From contig CAJBBC010000116.1 of assembly GCA_903951185.1 (NCBI GenBank), forward strand, positions 1-48,019: a stretch of DNA of 48,019 nucleotides, read 5' to 3'. Below are positions 10,602 through 20,663 of this stretch, one piece after another. The stretch is from an uncultured Actinomycetes bacterium. GTDB lineage: Bacteria; Actinomycetota; Actinomycetes; S36-B12; UBA5976. How positions within the stretch are numbered: position 1 is the first letter of the stretch; each line of letters starts with the position of its first letter. The position numbers and the translations under genes are program-made. The notes under the pieces are model-generated. The model saw only the letters and a program-made list of their open reading frames with translations. It had not been told where the DNA came from and did no database searches.

Positions 10602-11483
10602 ATCAACAAATCCCAGGATCGCCTTTACCCGCTACTGTTCGTATTTCTGTGGAGTACCGGTTTTATTGCGGCTAAGTACATAACGCCGTACGCCGAACCA
10701 TTTACTTTTCTAACTTATAGGTATTTCCTTGCTGGTTTAATCCTCTTTGTTGTTGCGTTTATAGTTCGAGAAAAGTTCGCGCTAACCAAAAAGCAATTCT
10801 GGCAATCGGCAACAGTTGCAGTAATGTTGCACGTTATTTACATCGGTGGCGTTTTCTATGCAGTGAGCCTCGGCGTAACTTCGGGGGTTAGTGCAGTAAT
10901 TGTTAGTTTGCAACCTGTTTTAGTCGGCATTTTGGCAGTTCCAATTCTTGGCGAACGTTTACGCGGTATCCAAATAGTTGGATTAATCCTTGGCGTGGTT
11001 GGGGTGGCTATCCTCTTACTACCGAAAATTTTTGAGGGCGACATTTCAACTAGTTTTTCAGCTGCCGGAATTATTGTTTGTGTAATTGCGCTACTTGGCA
11101 CAACTGGTGGGTACATAGTGCAGAAAAAAACTGGCGCTGACATTCCTTTTATTACTGGAACAGCAATTCAATATGGGGTTAGCGCAATTATATTTGCTGG
11201 CTTAGCATTGACCCTTGAGGATAATTCAGTGCAGTGGACTAACGAATTTATATTTGGGTTGTCTTGGTCGATCCTTGCCAACTCAATCGTTTCAATCGTT
11301 ATTCTCTACACATTACTTCGCCATGGCAGTGCCCAGCGAGCTTCTAGTTTGTATTATTTAGTGCCGCCAGCAGCAGCGTTGATGGCCTATTTCTTATTTG
11401 ATGAGCGGATAACCTCAGTCGGGTTAGTAGGCATGGCACTTGCCGGACTTGGGGTAATGCTTGTTATGCGAGAAAATTCCTAA
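10602..11483 (+). CDS. EamA/DMT-family transporter; start codon unresolved (ATC 10602 proposed; the first canonical start is ATG 10824)
   Basis: The frame is open from 10587, directly after the argG TAG and in the same frame. It encodes LYPLLFVFLWSTGFIAAKY...FLTYRYFLAGLILFVV, which is the typical first EamA helices. No ATG/GTG/TTG occurs before 10824. AAAGG at 10589-10593 lies 8 nt before ATC 10602. The full-length version is about 294 aa, the usual size of 10-TM DMT proteins. Confidence 0.55.
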   Translation: MNKSQDRLYPLLFVFLWSTGFIAAKYITPYAEPFTFLTYRYFLAGLILFVVAFIVREKFALTKKQFWQSATVAVMLHVIYIGGVFYAVSLGVTSGVSAVIVSLQPVLVGILAVPILGERLRGIQIVGLILGVVGVAILLLPKIFEGDISTSFSAAGIIVCVIALLGTTGGYIVQKKTGADIPFITGTAIQYGVSAIIFAGLALTLEDNSVQWTNEFIFGLSWSILANSIVSIVILYTLLRHGSAQRASSLYYLVPPAAALMAYFLFDERITSVGLVGMALAGLGVMLVMRENS

Positions 11484-11486
11484 CAG

Positions 11487-11500
11487 CTGATTTAAATCAG
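11487..11500. promoter_or_regulatory. perfect 14-bp palindrome CTGATTTAAATCAG upstream of aguA
   Basis: Read directly from the sequence. It lies in the 31-nt gap between the EamA stop and the aguA start. Its function is unknown; an operator is one candidate. Confidence 0.3.
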
Positions 11501-11514
11501 TTAGTCTTTCTGGC

Positions 11515-12513
11515 ATGAGTTACTTAATGCCGGCTGAGTGGGAAACACATGAGCGCACCTGGATGGCTTGGCCATCAACTGGCTACACATTAGGCACTAA
11601 TTCGGCCGATGCCCAAGCGGCCTATTTAGCCTGGGCACAAGTTGCAAATACGATTGTGCGCTTTGAGCCCGTGACTATGGTGGTTGATCCAAGAGATGTT
11701 GCGCTAGTAGGCGATTGGTTAGATCCCCAAATCGAAATTTCAGTTGCCGATTTAGACGATGCTTGGATGCGCGATATTGGTCCAACGTTTGTGCGCGATA
11801 GCCAGGGTCAGATTCATGGCGTTGATTGGATATTTAATGGCTGGGGCGCTCAGCATTGGGCTAAATGGGATCACGATAGTGAAATCGCCAAGCACATCCT
11901 TAGCGAGTTAGCGATTAACCGTATTTCTTCTGCAATGACTAATGAGGGTGGCGGGATACACGTAAATGGCAAAGACACAGTTTTGGTTACAAAAACTGTG
12001 CAACTCGATCCAGGTCGAAACCCAAGTTTTTCGATATCCCAAGTTGAAGCTGAACTTAAGCGCACACTTGGGGTTGAAAAAGTGATTTGGCTTGAACGTG
12101 GTCTAACTCGAGACTATGACGAATTTGGCACCCGCGGCCATGTCGATATTGTGGCAACTTTTTGTGACACTGAAACTATTTTGTACCACGACCAGCAAAA
12201 TCCAGAACATCCCGATTTTGAAATAAGTAAAGAAGTAAAGAACGTTCTGTCTGAAACTGGCTTTAAATTAATCGGCGTACCTGCTCCAAAAATTACCAAA
12301 GACGAAGAGGGCTGGGTTGATTACAGTTACATCAACCACTACGTCTGCAATGGTGCTGTTATTTTGTGTGCATTCGATGATCCTGGTGATGAAGTAGCTA
12401 AAGAGATAATGTCTCAGGCATATCCAGGACGCGAAATTGTGTTAGTTGATGCTCGTGAAATATTTGCTCGAGGTGGCGGAATTCACTGTATTACCCAGCA
12501 ACAACCTAAGTAA
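11515..12513 (+). CDS. aguA: agmatine deiminase (PAD_porph family)
   Basis: MPAEWETHERTWMAWP, DDAWMRDIGPTF, the RGHVD block and the C-terminal GGGIHCITQQQP (catalytic Cys) are all present. Confidence 0.9.
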   Translation: MSYLMPAEWETHERTWMAWPSTGYTLGTNSADAQAAYLAWAQVANTIVRFEPVTMVVDPRDVALVGDWLDPQIEISVADLDDAWMRDIGPTFVRDSQGQIHGVDWIFNGWGAQHWAKWDHDSEIAKHILSELAINRISSAMTNEGGGIHVNGKDTVLVTKTVQLDPGRNPSFSISQVEAELKRTLGVEKVIWLERGLTRDYDEFGTRGHVDIVATFCDTETILYHDQQNPEHPDFEISKEVKNVLSETGFKLIGVPAPKITKDEEGWVDYSYINHYVCNGAVILCAFDDPGDEVAKEIMSQAYPGREIVLVDAREIFARGGGIHCITQQQPK

Positions 12514-13758
12514 TTATTTTTTTAATTTACTAACTGCAAAGATGGTCATTGCCGAAACTGGCAGCATACTCAAACCGCATAGCCAGCCATAACTTAAAGT
12601 CGCAATAATTACTCCAGCAATAGCACCGCCAATCGCACCAGAAAGATTCATAACTAAGTCCGAAACACCTTGGGCTGCCGAGCGGTAATGATCACTAACT
12701 GTTTCCGACAGCAAGGTAGAGCCAGCAACTAATGTGCCAGACCAACCTAGACCTAGTAGAAATAATCCAATCCCAAGTTGGGTACTGTCATTTGCTGCAG
12801 CTGTCCCAGCAATTACAGCAGACGCCAAAAGTACAACACCAGCAATCAAAATAACTCGAGGGCGCCCGATCGCATCCGAAAGTTTGCCAACTAGTGGCGA
12901 GAAGGCATACATACCGGCAACGTGCACACTGATCACTAAACCAATAATGCGAAGTGAAACATCTACATGCTTCATATGTACTGGCGTCATAACCATAATT
13001 GAAACCATCGCAATGTGTCCGATAGCGATAGCTAATAAACCAAGTAACGCATTTGAGTTTGAACGGATATGTGCAAGTGTTTCTTTAATTGGAATTTTGA
13101 TTGGGACAGTTGCTGTTATTTCAGCAGTGCCGGCCAAACTTGTTAAATATGGGTCTGGCTTCAACTTTAACCAAATAACAAATGCACCAATAAAAAGTGT
13201 GACGCTGGCTAATAAAAATTGTCCAGTGAGCGCAGGTAAACCGAAACTTTCGGCTAGCGCACCAGTGGGATCAATTAAATTTGGTCCAAGTACTGCGCCA
13301 ATTGTGGACGCCCAAACCACCATAGAAAGACTGCTCGCTCGCGTGTGGTCAGTAGCTAGATCTACTGCTGCGTATCTAGCTTGGTAGCCAGAGGCAGACG
13401 ATGCCCCAACTAGGAAAGTTCCAGCAAAAATAAGTGGCAAATTTTTAGTTGCCCCGCCGGCTACTGCAAGCGCTGCGCCAACTGCGCCAATAAAATATCC
13501 GCTACTTAAGGCAAGTCGTCGTCCACCTCGTCGAGTTAAATTGGCCAACGGTAATGCCATGAAAGCTGCGCCGAGCACACTGAAAGTCTGGGCTACACCA
13601 GCTAATGTTTCGGAATTTGAAATCGAAGTGACCAGTAATGAACCGGCAGCCACTGTGCCCGCTACACCGATCCCACTCAAGATTTGTGCCGAAGCTAAAG
13701 TTTTAAGAGTTCGCCCCTGAATTTGGGTTAGTTCGCGGCTAGGGGCTGTTTCTGACAC
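12514..13758 (-). CDS. MFS transporter
   Basis: 414 aa with about 12 hydrophobic helices and an MFS loop motif (LTRRGGRRLALS). Confidence 0.85.
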   Translation of the reverse strand: MSETAPSRELTQIQGRTLKTLASAQILSGIGVAGTVAAGSLLVTSISNSETLAGVAQTFSVLGAAFMALPLANLTRRGGRRLALSSGYFIGAVGAALAVAGGATKNLPLIFAGTFLVGASSASGYQARYAAVDLATDHTRASSLSMVVWASTIGAVLGPNLIDPTGALAESFGLPALTGQFLLASVTLFIGAFVIWLKLKPDPYLTSLAGTAEITATVPIKIPIKETLAHIRSNSNALLGLLAIAIGHIAMVSIMVMTPVHMKHVDVSLRIIGLVISVHVAGMYAFSPLVGKLSDAIGRPRVILIAGVVLLASAVIAGTAAANDSTQLGIGLFLLGLGWSGTLVAGSTLLSETVSDHYRSAAQGVSDLVMNLSGAIGGAIAGVIIATLSYGWLCGLSMLPVSAMTIFAVSKLKK

Positions 13759-13792
13759 AGTTTCTAGACTAACTACATGGTTGAATTAGTCA

Positions 13793-14470
13793 GTGACCCG
13801 ATCCGATAATTCGCAAGTAAGTTATGCCGCGTTAGCAAATAGCTATTTCCCAATAGTTTCAGCGGTATTTGTCGGCTTATTAATCATTTCAAATGTCGGT
13901 GCAACAAAACTTATTTCTGCCGGTCCACTGATCGTTGATGGCGGGGCATTCTTATTTCCATTGGTTTACATCACTGGCGATGTCCTGACTGAGGTTTATG
14001 GCTTCAAGGCTGCTCGTCGCGTAATTCTTGTTGGGTTTGCCATGGCTGTACTTTCAGCGCTGACTTTCTATTTAGTTCAAATTTCACCAGCGGCTCCGGG
14101 CTGGGAAAACCAAAGTGCATTCGAAGCGACTTTAGGGTTTGTGCCAAGAATTGTGCTGGCCAGTGTTTGCGGCTTTCTGTTAGGGCAAATCCTTAATTCT
14201 TGGGTGCTCGCAAAAATAAAGCAGCGCACTAAGGAAAGTTCGCTTTGGGTTCGGTTAATTGGCTCAACTGCAGTCGGCGAATTAGCAGACACTTTAGTTT
14301 TTTGCACCATAGCTTTTTACGGCGTGATCACCGGCGCAGATTTTGTGAATTATGTAATAGTTGGTTATCTGTACAAGACGTTACTTGAGGTTGTTTTATT
14401 GCCAGTGACTTACCGAGTTATCGCCAAAGTAAAAGCAAACGAACCTAGTTACGTCGCTGGCGCAAATTAA
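13793..14470 (+). CDS. yhhQ: queuosine-precursor transporter (YhhQ/DUF165 family)
   Basis: GTG start. FLFPLVYITGDVLTEVYGF and the 6-TM layout are typical of YhhQ. The gene abuts tgt. Confidence 0.85.
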   Translation: MTRSDNSQVSYAALANSYFPIVSAVFVGLLIISNVGATKLISAGPLIVDGGAFLFPLVYITGDVLTEVYGFKAARRVILVGFAMAVLSALTFYLVQISPAAPGWENQSAFEATLGFVPRIVLASVCGFLLGQILNSWVLAKIKQRTKESSLWVRLIGSTAVGELADTLVFCTIAFYGVITGADFVNYVIVGYLYKTLLEVVLLPVTYRVIAKVKANEPSYVAGAN

Positions 14471-16179
<1,709 letters not shown>

Positions 16180-16195
16180 AAATTGATTTTAAACT

Positions 16196-16217
16196 ATTAA
16201 TTGAAAATTGAACTAAT
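16196..16217 (-). promoter_or_regulatory. candidate MarR autoregulatory operator (imperfect inverted repeat)
   Basis: ATTAATTGAA-aa-TTGAACTAAT has 10-bp arms matching at 8/10 positions. It lies 17-38 nt upstream of the marR ATG. This is assigned by position only. Confidence 0.3.
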
Positions 16218-16247
16218 TCTGGTTCCTACTGCAATTACATAACAGCA

Positions 16248-17003
16248 TCAAAGTTCCCAAATTTTGATTCCACCTAAAATACCTGCCGTATTTTCGACCA
16301 AAGTCACCTTAGGACCCAGTTCAACTTGAGCCAAGTGGCGAGCATTTCCACCACCGAGGTAGAGATGATCAAAAAAGATAAACGCCTCAAGAGCCGGAAT
16401 GGCCTTATTAACCCGACTAATCCACCGATCATTTCCAATTTCTTTGCGGGCGGCATTACCTAATTGCTCTTCAAAAGTTTGGCCGTTTCGAAAGGGGCCA
16501 TGGCCTAATTCCAAATGCGGCAGTAGCGTTCCGTCGTTGAATAGGGCTGATCCGCACCCGGTACCTAAAGTAATCACCAACTCAAGACCTACGCCTTTTA
16601 TAACTGCACTGCCTTGAATGTCAGCATCATTGGCTACGCGTACCGGTACTTTAAAAGCCGTATCTAGTGCTTTAGCGAGTTCAAAGTTTTGCCAAGCTTC
16701 AACTAGTTGAGGATCTGTTAACCCGTCTTTGGAAGCCCTAGTTAGCGAAGGGATTAACTTAACTTGACCGTTTCGAATTAAACCTGGAAAACCGACCGAA
16801 ACCCGGTGATAGCCAGAGTATCCACCCGCTAATTCATTTAGCGCAGTCAGCAAACGCTCTGGGGGACATGGGTAAGGAGTGTCTATTCGTTGGCGCTCTG
16901 AAATCATCTCGCCGGCCGCATTAAGTAACGCACATTTAATTCCACTGCCACCAATATCAATTGACAGTGTTACAACCTGCGCTGAAAAACTAGTTTGAGT
17001 CAT
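16248..17003 (-). CDS. ppgK: ROK-family polyphosphate/ATP glucokinase
   Basis: 251 aa. The N-terminal ATPase motif is LSIDIGGSGIKCAL, followed by the GFPG and NDADIQG blocks typical of actinobacterial PpgK. Confidence 0.8.
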   Translation of the reverse strand: MTQTSFSAQVVTLSIDIGGSGIKCALLNAAGEMISERQRIDTPYPCPPERLLTALNELAGGYSGYHRVSVGFPGLIRNGQVKLIPSLTRASKDGLTDPQLVEAWQNFELAKALDTAFKVPVRVANDADIQGSAVIKGVGLELVITLGTGCGSALFNDGTLLPHLELGHGPFRNGQTFEEQLGNAARKEIGNDRWISRVNKAIPALEAFIFFDHLYLGGGNARHLAQVELGPKVTLVENTAGILGGIKIWEL

Positions 17004-17004
17004 T

Positions 17005-17106
17005 TCACGCTTTAGTTAATATTTCAGCCCCGGTTGGCGTAACAACCAAGGTATGTTCAAATTGGGCACTTCGTAGTCGATCCTTTCTGACCACATTCCA
17101 GATGTC
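17005..17106 (-). other. In-frame coding remnant: conserved C-terminus of methionine aminopeptidase downstream of the TAA
   Basis: The minus-strand frame of map continues as [33 protein letters not shown] and then TGA at 17005-17007. That stop is 1 nt before the ppgK ATG. SAQFEHT holds the last metal-ligand Glu of type-I MetAP. Confidence 0.85.
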
Positions 17107-17865
17107 TTACCACATATCCCATATATAAGTTCCTAGGGTCAACATCGGTTCAATAGTGAAAGTCATGCCAACTTCCATAATTGTGTCGAACTCGGCGGAA
17201 TCGTAATGCGGAATAATCAAGCCAGTATGAAAAGCGGTACCCACCCCATGGCCAGTGAAGTCCCGGACCACCCCGTAACCAAACCGCTTCGCGTAAGACT
17301 CAATAACTCGACCAATCACATTCACTGGACGGCCAGGAGCAACTGCGGCAATAGCTCGGGTTAGCGACTCGTGAGTACGTTCTACTAAGAGCCGAGATTC
17401 TTCATCAACTTCGCCGCATAAAAATGTTGCATTGGTATCACCGTGAACGCCACCAATGAAAGCCGTGATGTCGATATTGCAGATGTCGCCATCTTGTAAG
17501 ACTGTGGAATCTGGGATGCCATGGCAGATCACTTCATTAACACTTGAGCAAAGTGACTTAGGGAAACCTCGGTAGCCAAGGGTGGACGGGTAGGCACCAT
17601 GGTCGCAAACGTATTCATGACCAATTCGATCTAGCTCGTCTGTTGTTACACCGGGTTGAATATGTCTACCAACTTCGATCAAAGCTTCGGCAGCGATTCG
17701 GCCAGCAACTCGCATTTTTTCGATTGTCGCAGAATCTCGAATATCTGAGTCAGGAGATTTAGTAGGAGCTTTTTTGCCGACATACTCTGGTCGAATTATT
17801 GATGCGGGTACATCGCGCATCGGTGAAATTTCACCTGGTACCAAATTGCCGGCTAATGGAGTCAT
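17107..17865 (-). CDS. map: type-I methionine aminopeptidase, interrupted by an in-frame TAA at 17107-17109
   Basis: The MetAP blocks are [30 protein letters not shown] and FTIEPM. The ORF ends at ...YIWDMW-TAA. With the downstream remnant it would be 286 codons, the size of actinobacterial MapB. Confidence 0.9.
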   Translation of the reverse strand: MTPLAGNLVPGEISPMRDVPASIIRPEYVGKKAPTKSPDSDIRDSATIEKMRVAGRIAAEALIEVGRHIQPGVTTDELDRIGHEYVCDHGAYPSTLGYRGFPKSLCSSVNEVICHGIPDSTVLQDGDICNIDITAFIGGVHGDTNATFLCGEVDEESRLLVERTHESLTRAIAAVAPGRPVNVIGRVIESYAKRFGYGVVRDFTGHGVGTAFHTGLIIPHYDSAEFDTIMEVGMTFTIEPMLTLGTYIWDMW

Positions 17866-17889
17866 TGAAGATCAGTTTAGAGGAAATAG

Positions 17890-17921
17890 AAAAACCCCAG
17901 TTGTTTCCAACTGGGGTTTTT
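17890..17921 (-). terminator. rho-independent (bidirectional) terminator after the histone-like gene
   Basis: AAAAA-CCCCAGTTG-tttc-CAACTGGGG-TTTTT is a perfect 9-bp GC-rich stem with T/A runs on both sides. Confidence 0.8.
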
Positions 17922-17939
17922 CCGTGAAGCAGGGGAAAC

Positions 17940-18293
17940 TTACTTCTTTGCAGCTTTACGCTTAGCAGGCTTGCGCTTGGCAGCCTTCTTAGCAGGTGCA
18001 GCAGCAGCTGTCTTCTTAGCAGCTTTGCGCTTAGCAGGCTTGCGCTTGGCAGCCTTCTTAGCTGGAGCAGCTTTCTTAGCAGCTTTGCGCTTAGCAGGCT
18101 TGCGCTTGGCAGCCTTCTTAGCTGGAGCAGCTTTCTTAGCAGCTTTTCTCTTCGCTGGTTTACGCTTAGCAGCCTTCTTCGCTGGTGCAGCTTTCTTTGC
18201 AGCAGCTTTCTTTGCTGGTTTGCGCTTAGCAGCCTTCTTTGGTGCAGCTTTCTTAGCTGCAGCCTTACGTGCTGTGGTCTTCTTGGCAGCCAC
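17940..18293 (-). CDS. Lys/Ala-rich histone-H1/HupB-tail-like basic protein
   Basis: GTG start with a strong SD (GAGGAGGA). The 117 aa are almost entirely A/K/P/R repeats (AAKKAAPAKKAAKRKPAKRK). A terminator follows immediately downstream. Confidence 0.85.
   Translation of the reverse strand: MAAKKTTARKAAAKKAAPKKAAKRKPAKKAAAKKAAPAKKAAKRKPAKRKAAKKAAPAKKAAKRKPAKRKAAKKAAPAKKAAKRKPAKRKAAKKTAAAAPAKKAAKRKPAKRKAAKK
17952..18200. repeat. tandem array with a roughly 60-bp unit inside the histone-like gene
   Basis: 18021-18080 and 18081-18140 are identical base for base. The flanking units (17952-18020, which is 69 nt, and 18141-18200) are degenerate copies. Confidence 0.9.
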
Positions 18294-18475
18294 AGGTCCT
18301 CCTCGAGGTAAGACCCTCGGACTTCCCGAAGGTTCTTTGAATCAAGAGTGCCAGACATAACGTGTGATATGCACGCAAATTCGCATATTTGTTTTTAGCG
18401 TGTCGCAATTATTTTTTTAAAAATATTGAGTAAATATTTTAAATTTTGATCGATTTTTTTACTAAAAAAATTTAA

Positions 18476-19735
18476 TTATATGGGCGTTTTTTCCTTTAAA
18501 TCAAGGTAATTTCGCAGTGCTGGCAATGATTGAGCCAATGCAAGAACACTCACCGTACACATAATTCCACCAGATAGAAGTGCACGTTGAAGTCCAAAAT
18601 AATTTGCAAAAATACTTGCACGGAGCTGTCCAAATTGCGGTCCAACTGAATATGAAAGTAATTCGATCCCGGCCATGCGTCCGCGGATTTCATCGGGGAT
18701 CGAAGTATTCCAAATCAAACTCCGAAATAATCCGCTGACTGTGTCGCCGGCTCCGGCAATAACTAAGCCCAGTAACGCGATCGAAAGTGAATCAGTTAAT
18801 CCAACGATGGCAATTCCAATTCCCCAAACAGAAGCCGCGTAGACAACTGCCATGCCATGACGATTTACTTTCTTAATCCAGCCACTTGTTGAAGTTGCGA
18901 TAATCGAACCAACTGCACCAGCGCTATAAAGTAAACCGAGTGCTTGCGGCGATTCAAAGTAGTCAGCGAGGAATGGAAATAATGCATTAGGAAATGCAAA
19001 GACCATTGCCACAGTGTCGATTAAATAAGTACCTAGTAAATCCTTGCGGCTCCAGGCGTAATTTGCCCCCTCCAGAATGGCCTTGAAATGTGGCGTTTCG
19101 GTGGGATTAGTCACTGAAATTGTCGGCAAAGCGAAGAGGAAAAAAGCGGAAATTACGTAAGTAAAAACATCAATTATGTATGCCCAATCAATTCCAAAAC
19201 CCACCACAATAAGTCCACCAATTGAAGTACCAATTAAGAAACCAGCATTGTGGGTGAAACTTTCAAGTGCGCTGGCTGCAGGTAATTGCTCTTTTGGAAC
19301 TATGCGCGGTACTAAAGAAGTTAGGGATGGTCGCTGGATGCCATTCAAACTAGCCATTAACAAAACCACAATATAGATAACCCAAATTGAAGAATTAGAA
19401 ACCATCGAATTAATCGCCAAGATCGAGCTAAGGACTAAAAAGCCAACTTCACACCAAAGGATTACTTTTCGACGGTCATATCGATCAGCAATCGACCCAC
19501 CATAAAGTCCAAAAATAATTAGCGGAACAATCTCGATTAAGCCAAGAAACCCAACCGCCAAATATGAGCCGGTGAGCTCTTTAATCTGGAACGGCGCAGC
19601 AACGTAGGTAATCATTGAACCAAAGCGAGTAATCAGCGAACTTAGCCAAAGATTTCTAAAATCTTTATTAGTTTTAAGCGGCGTCAGATCCAGCGCTAAA
19701 TTACTAAGTAGTTTTGGCACGGTTAAGTCTGGCAC
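18476..19735 (-). CDS. MFS transporter (EntS/MFS_3-like)
   Basis: 419 aa with 12 predicted helices. NKDFRNLWLSSLITRFG and GGSIADRYDRRKV are typical MFS_3 blocks. Confidence 0.85.
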   Translation of the reverse strand: MPDLTVPKLLSNLALDLTPLKTNKDFRNLWLSSLITRFGSMITYVAAPFQIKELTGSYLAVGFLGLIEIVPLIIFGLYGGSIADRYDRRKVILWCEVGFLVLSSILAINSMVSNSSIWVIYIVVLLMASLNGIQRPSLTSLVPRIVPKEQLPAASALESFTHNAGFLIGTSIGGLIVVGFGIDWAYIIDVFTYVISAFFLFALPTISVTNPTETPHFKAILEGANYAWSRKDLLGTYLIDTVAMVFAFPNALFPFLADYFESPQALGLLYSAGAVGSIIATSTSGWIKKVNRHGMAVVYAASVWGIGIAIVGLTDSLSIALLGLVIAGAGDTVSGLFRSLIWNTSIPDEIRGRMAGIELLSYSVGPQFGQLRASIFANYFGLQRALLSGGIMCTVSVLALAQSLPALRNYLDLKEKTPI

Positions 19736-19758
19736 ACCCGATTGTGATTTTAAATAAT

Positions 19759-20622
19759 TTATTCGTAGGAATGATCTTGATCGGGGTAGGCGCCGCTAAC
19801 CACATCTTTAGCCCAAGCGCTACTGGCCGCAGTGATAACGGTATGTAAATCGGCATACTGTTTCACGAATTTGGCGGGCTTTCCAGGGGTTAAACCCAAC
19901 AGATCCTGCCACACGATTACCTGGGCATCTGTCTGCGATCCGGCGCCAATGCCAATAGTTGGGATTCGCAAAGCTTTAGTTATTTGGGCGGCTAACTTGG
20001 CTGGCATAACTTCAAGCACAATTGAAAAAACGCCAGCAGCTTCGAGCGCTTTTGCATCAGCAATAATTTGCGCCGCTGTTTCGCCGCGGCCCTGAACGCG
20101 ATACCCGCCCATTTGATGCACAGATTGTGGGGTCAATCCGATATGTCCCATCACTGGAATACCTGACTTAGTTAGCAGTTCAACAGTAGGCACCATATGG
20201 GCACCGCCTTCGATTTTTACGGCGTGCGCATTACCTTCTTTTAGAAAGCGCATTGATGTTGCTAGCGCTTGTTGCGGGGACTCTTGATACGAACCAAATG
20301 GCAAGTCGGCCACAACCATGGCTCGGCTGCTGCCACGTTCTACCGCTGCAGTGAGCGGAAGGAGGTCATCAACAGTAACCGGGATCGTTGAATCAAATCC
20401 GTAAACCACCATGGCTGATGAATCGCCAACAAGCACAACTGGATAACCAGCACTATCGAAAATGCCTGCGGTGATGGCGTCATACGAAGTGATCATCGGC
20501 CATTTTTCGCCGCGTTCTTTTGCCAACATTAAGTCAGCTGTGGTAATTCGCCGCGTTGATTTTCCGCCATAAAGCGGCTGCGTGCCTTGGTTAACCATGA
20601 TGTACTCCGACCTCGAGGCCAT
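19759..20622 (-). CDS. panB: 3-methyl-2-oxobutanoate hydroxymethyltransferase
   Basis: LVGDSSAMVVYG, ADLPFGSY, VKIEGG, GHIGLTPQS and GIGAG are present. An alternative start is ATG at 20598. Confidence 0.95.
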   Translation of the reverse strand: MASRSEYIMVNQGTQPLYGGKSTRRITTADLMLAKERGEKWPMITSYDAITAGIFDSAGYPVVLVGDSSAMVVYGFDSTIPVTVDDLLPLTAAVERGSSRAMVVADLPFGSYQESPQQALATSMRFLKEGNAHAVKIEGGAHMVPTVELLTKSGIPVMGHIGLTPQSVHQMGGYRVQGRGETAAQIIADAKALEAAGVFSIVLEVMPAKLAAQITKALRIPTIGIGAGSQTDAQVIVWQDLLGLTPGKPAKFVKQYADLHTVITAASSAWAKDVVSGAYPDQDHSYE

Positions 20623-20663
20623 TGCTGGTCCCCGGATACTTACTACTTAACTATTGCAGGATT

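Noticed and set aside
12734-13387. 217-aa plus-strand ORF antisense to the MFS transporter
   Set aside because: It has no recognisable domain and lies entirely within a well-supported 12-TM MFS gene on the other strand.
13759-13792. Possible preQ1 riboswitch in front of yhhQ
   Set aside because: Only 34 nt are available and they are shared with a divergent MFS gene. The sequence lacks the A-rich tail and the conserved CUA/ACCC elements of preQ1-I/II aptamers.
17831-18360. Long ORFs 17831-18358 (minus strand, other frame, 175 aa) and 17971-18360 (plus strand, 129 aa)
   Set aside because: They are by-products of the low-complexity GC(A/T)-rich 60-bp repeats. Only the AKKA frame has a strong SD, a sensible start and a terminator.
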